Shown piece by piece: positions 20,418 through 30,434 of a stretch of 64,000 nt of DNA; the stretch's first letter is position 1, and every line of letters starts with the position of its first letter. This DNA is from a virus, in IMG/VR virus record IMGVR_UViG_3300032770_000019, positions 8,495-72,494 of that record; one strand, given 5' to 3'. The notes beneath the pieces were generated by a model. It was not told the DNA's origin. It ran no database searches and saw only the letters and a program-made list of their open reading frames with translations. Both the position numbers and the translations under genes were made by a program.

Positions 20418-20423
20418 CAGAAC

Positions 20424-20489
20424 CCGAAAAGGCCCTCACGGGGGAACACCCGGTTGACCCCCGCACCGGGAATGTGAGGGCCTTTTCGG
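20424..20489 (+). terminator. Long hairpin terminator
   Basis: CCGAAAAGGCCCTCAC / GTGAGGGCCTTTTCGG perfect 16-bp stem. Confidence 0.7.
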
Positions 20490-20509
20490 TCGCTTAACCT
20501 AAAAATCTT

Positions 20510-20539
20510 TTGACAGGCCTGTAGCAAATCGGCTATACT
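20510..20539 (+). promoter_or_regulatory. Promoter with conserved spacer
   Basis: TTGACAGGCCTGTAGCAAATCGGCTATACT. Confidence 0.75.
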
Positions 20540-20700
20540 TGTAGACATGACAGGTGAGTCGCGACGCAGTATACTGCAGTATATCTGCGGGGAGGTATTC
20601 ACACCGTTTAGCGAGGTACAACCTGACCCCGTATGGGGTACTCGTGAGAGAGCGACTGGACGGACCTCCCCTGCCACCCTACTAAACGGAGGTGACAACG

Positions 20701-21120
20701 ATGGCTAGAATGACCCGTGGCGAAGTCATGGCGCTGGCAAGGCAGGCAGCCAAAGCTATGGCGGATCTCGAACGATTGACCGAGCAGTACGGAGAGGACA
20801 AGCCTCCCGGTACGGTTATCCGGTTCCGTAAGCGCTTTCCGTCTCGCAACTGGGATGCATTCCCGACCACCTATGCGCAGCAACAGGTACTGCTGGCAGC
20901 TCAGAACATGCCGTACACCTACGCTGCCATTCGTGCGGACAACGGTAAGTGGTACGTCACCGGCGTCTCGAAAGCCATATCGAACGAGGGTGTCGAGTGG
21001 GAAGAGCTTCTCGACTTCATGGACGAAGGCGTACCAGCGGAGGGTTTCGAAATCTGGCCCGCCACGAAGGCCGCCATCGAGACCGAAGAAGGTGCCGAAG
21101 TTGCCCCTAACGCTGAGTAG
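20701..21120 (+). CDS. Hypothetical protein
   Basis: SD GGAGGTGA; PPGTVIRF...YTYAAIRA..GKWYVTG is typical of actinophage small proteins. Confidence 0.65.
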   Translation: MARMTRGEVMALARQAAKAMADLERLTEQYGEDKPPGTVIRFRKRFPSRNWDAFPTTYAQQQVLLAAQNMPYTYAAIRADNGKWYVTGVSKAISNEGVEWEELLDFMDEGVPAEGFEIWPATKAAIETEEGAEVAPNAE

Positions 21121-21505
21121 ATCGTACGATAGCGTTGGCTATGCCGGACGCCATCTTAGAGTAAAGAGGGTCCGGGGACGTGCTACTCAGCATTCCTGCT
21201 TTGCTTGCGGCGAGCAAGCACGTGACTGGTCGCAGATACACGATACGGACGGACTAGATGTCTATGAAGATTACGTACCGATGTGCCGAAGCTGCCATCG
21301 CGACTACGATAACGCACATCCACGGGGAGAACGAAATAGCCATTCGAAGCTAACCGAGAGCGACGTTCGAGCTATTAGAGAGAGGCTCCCCGAACCGAAG
21401 GGCGTACGACACCCGGAATGCATCGCACTTTCCGAAGAGTTCGGCGTCTCGACGGCAACTATCTGGGAGATAGCTACTCGAAGGACGTGGCGCCGTGTCT
21501 ATTAA
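21101..21505 (+). CDS. HNH-like endonuclease with C-terminal HTH
   Basis: H.RV.RVRGRA..HSCxxC...W...YVPMCRSCH.DYD plus GERN..SKLTESDVRAIR...EEFGVS..TI; start uncertain. Confidence 0.65.
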   Translation: MPLTLSRSYDSVGYAGRHLRVKRVRGRATQHSCFACGEQARDWSQIHDTDGLDVYEDYVPMCRSCHRDYDNAHPRGERNSHSKLTESDVRAIRERLPEPKGVRHPECIALSEEFGVSTATIWEIATRRTWRRVY

Positions 21506-22727
21506 ACTCAGCGACGACCAGCAGAGCGCACTGGATACCATTCTCGACTGGAGCAAGGGTGCAGCGATCGACCCGGACGATCGACCGCACATTATCCGTG
21601 GTGCTACGCTAACGCTCGGCGGTTACGCAGGCACGGGTAAAACCACCTTGCTCGGACAGTTGCCGCGCTACTTCCCCGGTAAGCATATTCACTTTGCGAG
21701 CTATACGGGTAAAGCGGTAAGCGTGCTCAAGCAGAAACTGCCCGCTGGTTCGGAGGTGTCCACACTTCACCGTTTGCTTTACCGACCACGACCGCAGAAC
21801 GTTTGCAAGCTGACCGGTGAAGTGGTCCTCTACGCCGGAGGTACCTGTCCGAAGCATACGCCAACCGGTGAAGCTCCGGAGGCTAAGGACGGCTGCGAGA
21901 CGGTAAAGAAGCTGGAATGGTCTCCGGTGATGAACCCGTTGCACGGTATCGACCTGGTAGTGGTTGACGAAGCCTCGATGGTGAACGATAAGATCTGGAC
22001 CGACCTTACCCGCTGGGGTGTCCCCGTACTGGCGGTCGGTGATCACGGTCAGCTACCGCCAATTAAGTCCGAGTTCAACCTGATGGAGAAGCCCGACATC
22101 CGACTCGAGCGAATCCTGCGTCAGGCCGAAGGCTCGCCGATCATTCAGATGTCGATCCAGGCTCGTACGCGAGGCGGAATTCGCAATGGTGATTACGGTC
22201 AGGGTTGCGTAAAGATATCACGAAGCCAGATGATCAACTACGAAATGGACCCCGACAACGGCGACCTGATCATCGTTGGCTATAACCGTACACGTAACGA
22301 GCTGAACGATGCCATGCGCTCACTACTAGGCCGAAGTGGCACACCGAAGGTCGGTGACATCGTAATCTGCCTACGGAACAACTACGAGGCAGGTATCTTC
22401 AACGGCATGCGGGGTCGTATCAAGGAAATCGAAATCGCTAAGGACGACACGGCATTCGCTACCATCGGAATGATGGACGAAGGCTTCGACTTCACTGGCG
22501 AGATATACCTACCGCAATTCAGACAACCGAAAACGCAACAGCAAGTGGGTCGCTGGTTGTCTCTGTTCGATTACGGCTACGCTATGACGTGCCACAAGGC
22601 GCAAGGCTCACAGGCCGATCGCGTCATGGTAATCGAAGAATACCTGCCGCAAAGCGACCCGAAGCGCTGGCTATACACCGCAGTAACCCGAGCAGCCAAG
22701 GAGTTGATCGTAGTTGGACAACGGTAA
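21495..22727 (+). CDS. Dda/RecD-like SF1B helicase
   Basis: GYAGTGKTT, DEASMV, GDHGQLPP, YAMTCHKAQGS, LYTAVTRA. Confidence 0.92.
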   Translation: MSIKLSDDQQSALDTILDWSKGAAIDPDDRPHIIRGATLTLGGYAGTGKTTLLGQLPRYFPGKHIHFASYTGKAVSVLKQKLPAGSEVSTLHRLLYRPRPQNVCKLTGEVVLYAGGTCPKHTPTGEAPEAKDGCETVKKLEWSPVMNPLHGIDLVVVDEASMVNDKIWTDLTRWGVPVLAVGDHGQLPPIKSEFNLMEKPDIRLERILRQAEGSPIIQMSIQARTRGGIRNGDYGQGCVKISRSQMINYEMDPDNGDLIIVGYNRTRNELNDAMRSLLGRSGTPKVGDIVICLRNNYEAGIFNGMRGRIKEIEIAKDDTAFATIGMMDEGFDFTGEIYLPQFRQPKTQQQVGRWLSLFDYGYAMTCHKAQGSQADRVMVIEEYLPQSDPKRWLYTAVTRAAKELIVVGQR

Positions 22728-22902
22728 AGTACGCACACGCATTACTCTAGAATGCGATCATACATATTCGCATCCGGGACCGCCTAACGAAATCGAACGA
22801 GTTACTGAAGCGCATAAAGAACCGAAAGTACTATGTCCGACGTGCAGAGTGTCGCTGCGAATAGTAAACACGCAGATAGTAGTTAAAAAGAGGTGACCAG
22901 CA

Positions 22903-23724
22903 GTGGGTAGATATCAGGACACGATCGAGTTCCTCGAAGTCGATCGCATTCACGCCAATCCCGACAACCCGCGCAAGGAAGCCGGCGACGTAACCGACCT
23001 AGCTAACTCGATCGAAGAGATCGGCATGGTACAACCGGTCTCCGTTCGTGGCGATAGCCGCTTCGGTACCGGTCACTACATTCTCGATTCGGGTCTCCGT
23101 CGCTGGACGGCAGCGAGACTAGCCGGTACCGCAAAGATACCCGCACGAATCTACATGATGTCTCCCGGTGAGGACCCCGTAGAGCGTACCTTGCTCGTAG
23201 GCCTTTCCGACGTTCACAGCGAAGAGCTTAACCCGATGGAAAAGGCTTTCGCGTTTGCTCGCCTCCGTGACCTGACGGACCCGCCTCGTCCCCAAAACGA
23301 TATTGGTCGGCTGTGTGGTGTTACCGGAGCAACGGTGAGCTACTACCTGTCACTACTCGAGCTCTCGGTTAAGACGCAGGAAGCCGTAGCTAACGGCAGA
23401 GTTAGCGTAGAGCTTGCCGTTAAGTCAGTACGCCAGGAGCGAGCACGTAAGCGACGCAAGAAAGGGCATAAGCCGTCCACCGCTGGGTGGGAACCGGACG
23501 CGTTTAACGAAAAGCACTTCCTGTCACGCAAAGCCAAAGCGCTGTGCGACTCGCGAGGCCATTCGAATAGGCGTCGCCATGGCGGTGCATGTCACGGCTG
23601 CTGGGAGACCACTATCCGCATGGACGAGGCAAAGGTACAGCAGATCGCATGGCGTGAGCAAGGCTACGACCTTCCGTACCAAGACCCGGCAACTAACCTG
23701 CTAAGGAGTGCACTGACGCCATGA
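22903..23724 (+). CDS. ParB/Spo0J-like protein
   Basis: NPDNPRK..GDVTDLANSI...GMVQPV, G.RRW.AA, LNPMEKA.AF, then HTH. Confidence 0.85.
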   Translation: MGRYQDTIEFLEVDRIHANPDNPRKEAGDVTDLANSIEEIGMVQPVSVRGDSRFGTGHYILDSGLRRWTAARLAGTAKIPARIYMMSPGEDPVERTLLVGLSDVHSEELNPMEKAFAFARLRDLTDPPRPQNDIGRLCGVTGATVSYYLSLLELSVKTQEAVANGRVSVELAVKSVRQERARKRRKKGHKPSTAGWEPDAFNEKHFLSRKAKALCDSRGHSNRRRHGGACHGCWETTIRMDEAKVQQIAWREQGYDLPYQDPATNLLRSALTP

Positions 23725-24242
23725 CATTCGAATACCCAGCGGAAGTAGTGTTCGAACGCGCAGAAGCTCTCCGAACACTTGACAGGGAGCGCACAGCACT
23801 ACAAGCACACATCGCAGCGGACCACGAAGTGCTAAAGCGTATCTGGGACCTGCACCGTAGTGATAACTTCCTAAGTCCGTACTGTACCGGCTGCGAGCTC
23901 GCATGGCCTTGCCCGACCATTAGAGCGTTCGATGCCGCAATTTGACGAGCGCCATTGCCTTCAATATGCCCTCGTCTTCGGCTTGCAGTATCCGTACGCT
24001 CCGGCGGTATACGGTACCGAAGGTATGTCCGACCACGAAATCCTCCGCTGGCTACAAAGCCACTGCGATAACCTTTCGCCGTCCGCTCAGTACAAGCTTA
24101 AGCATAGCGATCTTAAAGGCGGTTCGCCGATACCTGGCGTCTCTATCGTACGACATAACAAGTGTATAGTCTGCGGTACGGATTCGCCCTGTGCGAAGCG
24201 AATCGTTGAACGTAGCAACTTCTGGAGGAAGGTGTTCGGTCG

Positions 24243-24518
24243 ATGAGAATAGATGAAGAAATCGGCGTAAGTTACCGGCAGATCGACTGGTGGACGCGTC
24301 AGGGGTATCTTAACGTAACCGGTAACGGCAGTGGGACGATGCGCAACTTCACCAACGTCGAAAAGGAAGTTGCTCGCTTGATGGGCCGCCTTGTTCGTGT
24401 CGGCTTTGCACCGAAGTCAGCCGCCGGTATTGCCCGTGTCGCAGTGGAGGAACATGCAAGTACCCTCGACCTGGGTGACAATATCGAATTGCAGATCGGT
24501 GCACCAGTTACTGTCTGA
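24243..24518 (+). CDS. MerR-like HTH protein
   Basis: GVSYRQIDWWTRQGYL...GSGTMRNF. Confidence 0.75.
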   Translation: MRIDEEIGVSYRQIDWWTRQGYLNVTGNGSGTMRNFTNVEKEVARLMGRLVRVGFAPKSAAGIARVAVEEHASTLDLGDNIELQIGAPVTV

Positions 24519-24672
24519 CCGGCTACACAAGTACTGCAGCTGTCAGACCGGGAGCGTGTCAATGTGACCAAGTCGGTGACAGGCACCGTCCTGAGCACCT
24601 GAGGAATTTTAGCCAAACCCGTAGGTGCTGTGGTTGGACCCATGATGACCCTGCCCCACCCAAAACTGAAAG

Positions 24673-24744
24673 GTACTACATTGACAGAGTTCGGCAAGGA
24701 ATTTCGCCGTACTACATTGACAGAGTTCGGCAAGGAATTTCGCC
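24673..24744 (+). repeat. Perfect 36-bp tandem duplication
   Basis: GTACTACATTGACAGAGTTCGGCAAGGAATTTCGCC occurs twice in tandem. Confidence 0.95.
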
Positions 24745-25295
24745 AGAGAATGCACGACGAGCAGGACGTTGACCAGCGGGCATTCCGTGATCTCGACATA
24801 CCGGTGTTTCGAACGGTACCGTATTCGGTTCCGCTGGGCAGGCGTTACGTATACGATAATCGCACACCGCAGATTAAGATGTCGGACTACAACTACGTGC
24901 CGGTGCTAAAGCAGCTAACGCAAGATAGCATACTCATCGAGTGGGACATTGCATATACGAAGGAAGCCCTAGAGACCTTTATCGAGTACTGCAAAGACCA
25001 GCCGCAAATCGTACACGTTGCACCGTATAAGCTTTACCCGATAAGCACTGCACTTGAAAAGCCGGTATGGGTACATCGTACCTATGAGCCAATGTGGTGG
25101 GTCAATCGCTACGACCCGTACTGTCAGCTATTCGGTTTCGGCTTTGTCTACCTCCCGCTGGATGCCGTTCACGCTTTCCTCGAAACTAAGCCTGAAAAGG
25201 CTGACGATGCACGATTCTCGAAATGGTACTGGGAAACGTACAAGACAGCAACACCGATACACTGGAACGTCGAAATCATTCACTTGCATTGGTAG
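24681..25295 (+). CDS. Possible GT-A fold glycosyltransferase
   Basis: ILIEWDI, FGFVYL, DDARFS and C-terminal HLH; motif order shared with 62612..63181. TTG start after GAAAGG. Confidence 0.45.
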   Translation: MTEFGKEFRRTTLTEFGKEFRQRMHDEQDVDQRAFRDLDIPVFRTVPYSVPLGRRYVYDNRTPQIKMSDYNYVPVLKQLTQDSILIEWDIAYTKEALETFIEYCKDQPQIVHVAPYKLYPISTALEKPVWVHRTYEPMWWVNRYDPYCQLFGFGFVYLPLDAVHAFLETKPEKADDARFSKWYWETYKTATPIHWNVEIIHLHW

Positions 25296-26037
25296 GAGCA
25301 GCTAATGTCGCCGGAGATGGAAAGCATCAGCAGAGTACGCTCGCTGGTTAGCTGGCTGCGGAAGACCGGAAAGCAACCGACCAGCTACCCGAAGCTTAGT
25401 GCGATGACCGAGACCGAAGTACGCGAAGCGAAGTACTTCGCCAGCGGAATCTATCCGATGCCTGTCCGCTGGACGCGTAGGCTTTTTGAGCTTGCAAGGC
25501 AGGACTAATTCTGCTAAACTCAAAGGGAGAGGTGACCCGATGGGAAAACGGTTTAGCGGTACGAAATCAGGTGGTTCACGAACTAGTATCGGCGTTGCGG
25601 TAACGCTTGATTACGCTGAAACGCGAGACATGCGTGAACGCCTACTGCACAAGCGAGGAGCCGGTATTGCGCCCGGACATCAGCCAAACGGCTTCCCGCA
25701 CTTCAGTAGCTCAAAGCACCACCGTTGCCTATGCCTCAATAGATGCTGTCTCGGACCGGCCGGCTGCATCTGCCCCGACTGTCCGTGTACTGTGCAAACG
25801 GTAGAAACGTGCTTCGCGTGCGGTGACCCAGCGACGAATCGCGTACAAGGCGAATGGCTATGTAGCCCCTGCAAGAAGGAGTTCGAAAGTGAATAGTAAA
25901 AATATCCCGATACTAATTCTTCCGAAGATTTCGGACGATCTAAATGCCGAACTCCCGGAAGCCGTCGCTGAGCTAATTCTACCTAACCGGGAGGTAAAAA
26001 ATGAGACACGTAAGACCGCCTTCGGGTCGGCAATCTG

Positions 26038-26904
26038 ATGACAACGCCACCGAGAGTAACAAAACCGAAGCCACCTGTAAAGTCGCCTTCCGAAGCGGCA
26101 CCGGAGAATGGTGCCAGTGCTGGTACTACTGCACCCGATACCACGTCCAGCTCAGCGGCCCCGTGGAGTCCGGTCAGTAAGGTCGCACACTTCCAAGGCC
26201 TCTCGCTGGCCTTGTTCGGTCCACCGGGGGTCGGTAAAACGACACTCCTGGCTACTGCACCGGACCTGCTTCTCGTTAACTTCGATCCGGACCTTACCTC
26301 GCTGCAAGATCGCGATGACGTAATGACGTGGCCCGGTGAAAAGCAAGGCGGTGTCGTAAAGAGCTGGCAGCAGATCAGTGCGTTTAGTGCGCAAATGCTA
26401 CGCAGAAAGCATCCGTTCAAGACGGTAGCGTTCGACACGATTAACGGTATGTACGACCTGGCATACCAGAACGTAACGGAAAGAGGCAGTCCGAACCGCG
26501 ATGGTAGGCAGATTTTCGGAGAGGCTAACGACCTGGTTCTCGGCATTGTCAAGGACTGGTGCATGGCAGCACGCGAGACCGGTATCAACGTTGTCTTCTC
26601 AGCGCACAGCGAAGAAAAGCAGGACGGAGAAAACGGTCCCCTTGTGCTTCGCATGTCTATCACGCCAGGTGTCGTCAAAGGCACTTACCAGCGGGTCAGC
26701 AATGTCGGCTGTCTGCTGGAGCTCCCGGGAGTCGGACGGCACCGTAAGCTGTACCTTCATAACACCGCAAAAATCGTCGCAAAGGTGCATCAGCCGAAAT
26801 CCGGACCGCAACTCCCGCTGGAAATCGTCGATCCCGACCTCGGCAAGATGATCGACCACATTAAAGGCGTCAAGCCATACCCGAAGCCGGAGGTAAAGAA
26901 GTGA
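26038..26904 (+). CDS. AAA_24/Sak4-like ATPase
   Basis: LFGPPGVGKTT, TVAFDTI, NVVFSAH. Confidence 0.85.
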   Translation: MTTPPRVTKPKPPVKSPSEAAPENGASAGTTAPDTTSSSAAPWSPVSKVAHFQGLSLALFGPPGVGKTTLLATAPDLLLVNFDPDLTSLQDRDDVMTWPGEKQGGVVKSWQQISAFSAQMLRRKHPFKTVAFDTINGMYDLAYQNVTERGSPNRDGRQIFGEANDLVLGIVKDWCMAARETGINVVFSAHSEEKQDGENGPLVLRMSITPGVVKGTYQRVSNVGCLLELPGVGRHRKLYLHNTAKIVAKVHQPKSGPQLPLEIVDPDLGKMIDHIKGVKPYPKPEVKK

Positions 26905-27100
26905 TTCTTAAGCTACTTCAACGCATTTCGCCACGCCCCTGTCAGCTCTGCGGACGGAAGTACGGCGTACGCCGTAACTACATAAGGCTATGGAACGGTA
27001 CGCGCTTTACTCTTTGCATCTCCTGCGTATACCGCACCGGCCTTGCTACCGTCATTGACGAAGTCAGTAGAAACATCGTCGCACGCTATCAGGACGCAGA

Positions 27101-27661
27101 ATGCCCTTCCTAATTGCAGCTATAGCCATACTCGTAATCGTAGCTGTCGTTCTCTACGTTCGTAAGCGTCCGGAGCCGTTTACGGGTATCAATCCCGCAA
27201 TGCTGGAGGAGAAGAACGCAGAGATAACTGAGCTGCGACAGCAGCTAGAACAAGCTAATCTTCGGACGTTTCGTATACAAGACGAAGCCGCACTCGCGCT
27301 GAAAGAAGAACGTCACCGCCTACAACTGGAATGGGCGGAGACAAAGCGAGCCGATCGAAAGGCGAGTAATGAACGCTCACGGTCCGCACTGGTTGCGAAA
27401 ATTGCGGAACATATGGCACCTTTCCTCCCCGGCTTCGCGTTCAATCCGAAAGACGCTAGACATATCGGAGAGCTCATTGACTTCATCGTATACGATGGCT
27501 TGGAAGATGGCGAAATACGCGAGGTGGTATTTCTAGAGGTAAAGACACGACGCACCGGTCGAGTATCGAACCCTCGCGAAAGGCTTCTTAAAGAAGCTAT
27601 CGATGCTGGAAGGGTTAGTTACCGGGTGTTCGTACCCGAAGTAATACGTAAGCAGTCTTGA
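27101..27661 (+). CDS. Holliday-junction-resolvase-like endonuclease with an N-terminal TM helix
   Basis: EHMAPFLPGF.FNPKDARHIG..IDFIVYDG...VVFLEVKT. Confidence 0.8.
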   Translation: MPFLIAAIAILVIVAVVLYVRKRPEPFTGINPAMLEEKNAEITELRQQLEQANLRTFRIQDEAALALKEERHRLQLEWAETKRADRKASNERSRSALVAKIAEHMAPFLPGFAFNPKDARHIGELIDFIVYDGLEDGEIREVVFLEVKTRRTGRVSNPRERLLKEAIDAGRVSYRVFVPEVIRKQS

Positions 27662-27687
27662 CACATTCGTAGTGGCTGATATATGCT
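27658..27687 (+). promoter_or_regulatory. SigA-type promoter
   Basis: TTGACA-18-TATGCT. Confidence 0.6.
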
Positions 27688-27736
27688 ATAGGTACGGGCA
27701 AATGACCCGCCCGACAAGGGTCAAAGGAGGATCCCC

Positions 27737-28168
27737 ATGCCGGTTACCGTTGACCTCACTGGCGTTACCGCCGGTGGACCGGAACCGTGGGAAGCCGGAA
27801 ACTACCCGGCTATCATCACGAAGGCGGAAATCAAGCCGTCAAGGAGCTCAGGAGAGGACGCGCTTTACCTCGACCTGGCAATGACCAAGGAAAGCGAGGA
27901 CGGAGAGGACCCCGAAGAGCGTACGCTCCGCTGGAATACGTCCATGCAGACTAAGCAGCTCGGGCGTTTCAAGCAGCTGCTTATCCGACTCGGATTCGAG
28001 TTCCCGGAGGAAGGAGCATTCGAGTTCGACGAGCAAGACCTGGTCGGTCAGGAGTGCGTGGCTAGGCTTACGCTAGAGCCGCACTATCGCGACCCGGAGC
28101 GTATGACGAACAAGGTAGCCGAAATTCTCGGCACCGACACCGATGGACAAGGAGACTGGGGCGGATGA
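27737..28168 (+). CDS. DUF669-like ssDNA-binding protein
   Basis: AGNYPAIITKAE, DLVGQEC.A, acidic tail ending in W; near the AAA_24 ATPase. Confidence 0.75.
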   Translation: MPVTVDLTGVTAGGPEPWEAGNYPAIITKAEIKPSRSSGEDALYLDLAMTKESEDGEDPEERTLRWNTSMQTKQLGRFKQLLIRLGFEFPEEGAFEFDEQDLVGQECVARLTLEPHYRDPERMTNKVAEILGTDTDGQGDWGG

Positions 28169-28255
28169 ACAGCGGTAGTAGCGGCAGTAACGTGGACGCG
28201 ATGTACACGGGCAACACGAATCCGTTCCTGGTGCGCGTGAAGGTTAGCTAACCTT

Positions 28256-28318
28256 CCTTGAACGTCCGGCTCAAACGGACCTTCCTGAGACATGCCCGTC
28301 TGAGCCGGACCTTGAGGG
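28256..28318 (+). promoter_or_regulatory. Conserved RNA stem, copy 3
   Basis: CCTTGAACGTCCGGCTCAAACGG...CCGTCTGAGCCGGACCTTGAGGG overlapping the SD of the next gene. Confidence 0.6.
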
Positions 28319-28328
28319 GAGAGTTACG

Positions 28329-28721
28329 TTGCTAACACGTTTTGTTATCGGAGTAGATCCCGGTGGAGTATACACCGGTATAGCAGTATACAACGTAGAA
28401 GATCGAAGGTTCATTATCCACGGAGAATATGTCGAGCCGGACTCGGTGTGGAGTATCATTTGTCGATATCCGCGTTCGCAAACGCGGGTACTCGTAGAGG
28501 ACTTTCGCGGATCGGGAAGGCTTACTAAATATCGTAAGCGCACCATAGCAGTTCTCGGTTTTATCTACTGGAGCTGTAAGTACAACGGAATAGCAGTTGC
28601 GATGGTTATGCCGGATGCTCGATTGTCGAACGTTAGCAACGTACCGGCTGACATTCGAGGTAAGGACGAAATTGCGGCAGCAGCTCACGTACTTAGTTAC
28701 CTAGAGAGGAACAATGTATAG
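28329..28721 (+). CDS. RuvC-like resolvase
   Basis: VIGVDPGGVYTGIA, VLVEDF, DEIAAAAH. Confidence 0.7.
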   Translation: MLTRFVIGVDPGGVYTGIAVYNVEDRRFIIHGEYVEPDSVWSIICRYPRSQTRVLVEDFRGSGRLTKYRKRTIAVLGFIYWSCKYNGIAVAMVMPDARLSNVSNVPADIRGKDEIAAAAHVLSYLERNNV

Positions 28722-29133
28722 CATCAGCAAGGAGTTTGCGTTTAGCGCGGCTCATCGCTTGGATAAGCTACCAGCGGATCATCCGTGTTCACGCATTCAC
28801 GGACATAACTACGTCGTAACGGTAGTGCTAGCCCAAGCACGTGTAATGCCGCTGGAAGGTTGGATTCGTGACTTCGGTGACCTTGACAAGTTCAAGGACC
28901 ATATCGATACGTACTTCGACCACCGCTGGCTAGGACACGGTACGCTACTCGACGGAGATCCGGTTACTTCCGGAGATGGAACGTACACTACGCCAGCGAT
29001 AGGCTTCAATCCGACAGCCGAGAACCTGGCCAAGCACTTCTATGACATAGCAAGAGATACCTATCCGGAAACGTGGAAGGTAGGCGTAAGCGAAACGCCT
29101 AAGACGATTGCGTGGTATAGCAATGGCGCGTGA
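28714..29133 (+). CDS. queD: 6-carboxytetrahydropterin synthase
   Basis: FSAAHRL, CSRIHGHNY, DFGDL, FDH, PTAENLA, VSET. Confidence 0.95.
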   Translation: MYSISKEFAFSAAHRLDKLPADHPCSRIHGHNYVVTVVLAQARVMPLEGWIRDFGDLDKFKDHIDTYFDHRWLGHGTLLDGDPVTSGDGTYTTPAIGFNPTAENLAKHFYDIARDTYPETWKVGVSETPKTIAWYSNGA

Positions 29134-29884
29134 CTGGCTACTAGTTAGTGAGACGTTCTATACCCTACAAGGCGAAGGTCCGTCCAGCGGTACGCCTGCG
29201 TTCTTCGTTCGGCTAGGGTCGTGCGATCTATCGTGTAAGTGGTGCGATACTCCGTACACGTGGGCATTCGGCGACAAGGCCGAGCTGCACGAAAGCGGTA
29301 AGCGTTACACGCCACTTGAAGAGCTCGGTCGGGTACAGATCCTCGATGCTGTTAGCGAGATTCGTACACGTAAGCCTCCGCTGGTCGTTATTACCGGTGG
29401 CGAGCCGTTGCTGCAACTCGAATCGGTTGCGGTACTCGTCAGCGCGTGTAACGAAGAACCGAACGGTCCGCGCTTCGAAATCGAGACGGCAGGTACGCAC
29501 GCACCGTACGAGCTCGGAGTATTCGAAAACGTAAGCTTCAACGTATCGCCTAAGCTACGTTCCAGCGGTAACTCGGTCGAAAAGGCCTATAAGCCGGACG
29601 TGCTTGAAGCCTACTGCGGCCTTAAGAATCGAGTCCGCTGGAAGTTCGTACCTGAAACGCGTTTCGGTAGCTCCGCCGAGCTCGTTAGGGATATAGGCGA
29701 AATCGAAACTATCGTAGAAACGCACCGCATCGCACCTGGGGACGTATGGCTAATGCCGTGCGCCACGACCATCGAAGAGCTTGATCGAGGGCTGAAACTC
29801 CTTGCACCTGTAGTACTGGCACGCCACTGGAATCTCACCGATCGTACACATATCCGTATTTGGGGTAACTCGCGTGGACACTGA
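29123..29884 (+). CDS. queE: 7-carboxy-7-deazaguanine synthase (radical SAM)
   Basis: ETFYTLQGEG, FVRLGSCDLSCKWCDT (CxxxCxxC), ITGGEPLLQ, IETAG, VSPKL. Confidence 0.95.
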   Translation: MARDWLLVSETFYTLQGEGPSSGTPAFFVRLGSCDLSCKWCDTPYTWAFGDKAELHESGKRYTPLEELGRVQILDAVSEIRTRKPPLVVITGGEPLLQLESVAVLVSACNEEPNGPRFEIETAGTHAPYELGVFENVSFNVSPKLRSSGNSVEKAYKPDVLEAYCGLKNRVRWKFVPETRFGSSAELVRDIGEIETIVETHRIAPGDVWLMPCATTIEELDRGLKLLAPVVLARHWNLTDRTHIRIWGNSRGH

Positions 29885-30434
29885 TAAGCTAGAAAAGGCC
29901 GTACAGTCCATTCTAAAAGAGCTCGGTTACAAGCCCGATGAGCACATGAAACGGACGCCTGCTCGCGTAGCTGAATGGCTGATGGACTTCGAAGCAGTCG
30001 ATCTAAATGGCGCCGGTCGCATACTCGAAGTGGTATTTCCCGAGAACGTCCCCGGCTCGCTAGTTATCGTTGGACCGGTAGAGTATCGCTCACTATGTGC
30101 GCACCATCTCTTGCCGGTAAACGGTAAAGCGTGGGTTGGTTACCTTCCGGACGACGGTATCTGCGGCCTATCCAAGCTGGCGCGCTTGGTCGAATACTTC
30201 GCGACAAGGCTTACCGTTCAGGAACGCGTAACGAATCAGATCGCCGATGCGATTGAAGAGTTCCTTAAGCCGAAAGGTTGCATGGTCGTTGTTAGTGCTA
30301 CGCATATGTGCATGAGCTTCCGAGGAGTTCGTGACGGAGATGCGTCCACCGTTACCAGCGCAGTACGTGGCGTTCACGAGACAAGTGACAACGCACGAAG
30401 CGAATTTCTTTCGCTAATGAAAGGATACCGATGA
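29874..30434 (+). CDS. folE: GTP cyclohydrolase I
   Basis: TPARVA, SLCAHHLLP, GLSKLARLV, VQER, HMCMSFRG. Confidence 0.95.
   Translation: MDTDKLEKAVQSILKELGYKPDEHMKRTPARVAEWLMDFEAVDLNGAGRILEVVFPENVPGSLVIVGPVEYRSLCAHHLLPVNGKAWVGYLPDDGICGLSKLARLVEYFATRLTVQERVTNQIADAIEEFLKPKGCMVVVSATHMCMSFRGVRDGDASTVTSAVRGVHETSDNARSEFLSLMKGYR

Noticed and set aside
24673-24744. 36-bp repeats as a mini CRISPR array
   Set aside because: The two copies are directly adjacent with no spacer and lie in frame in a CDS.
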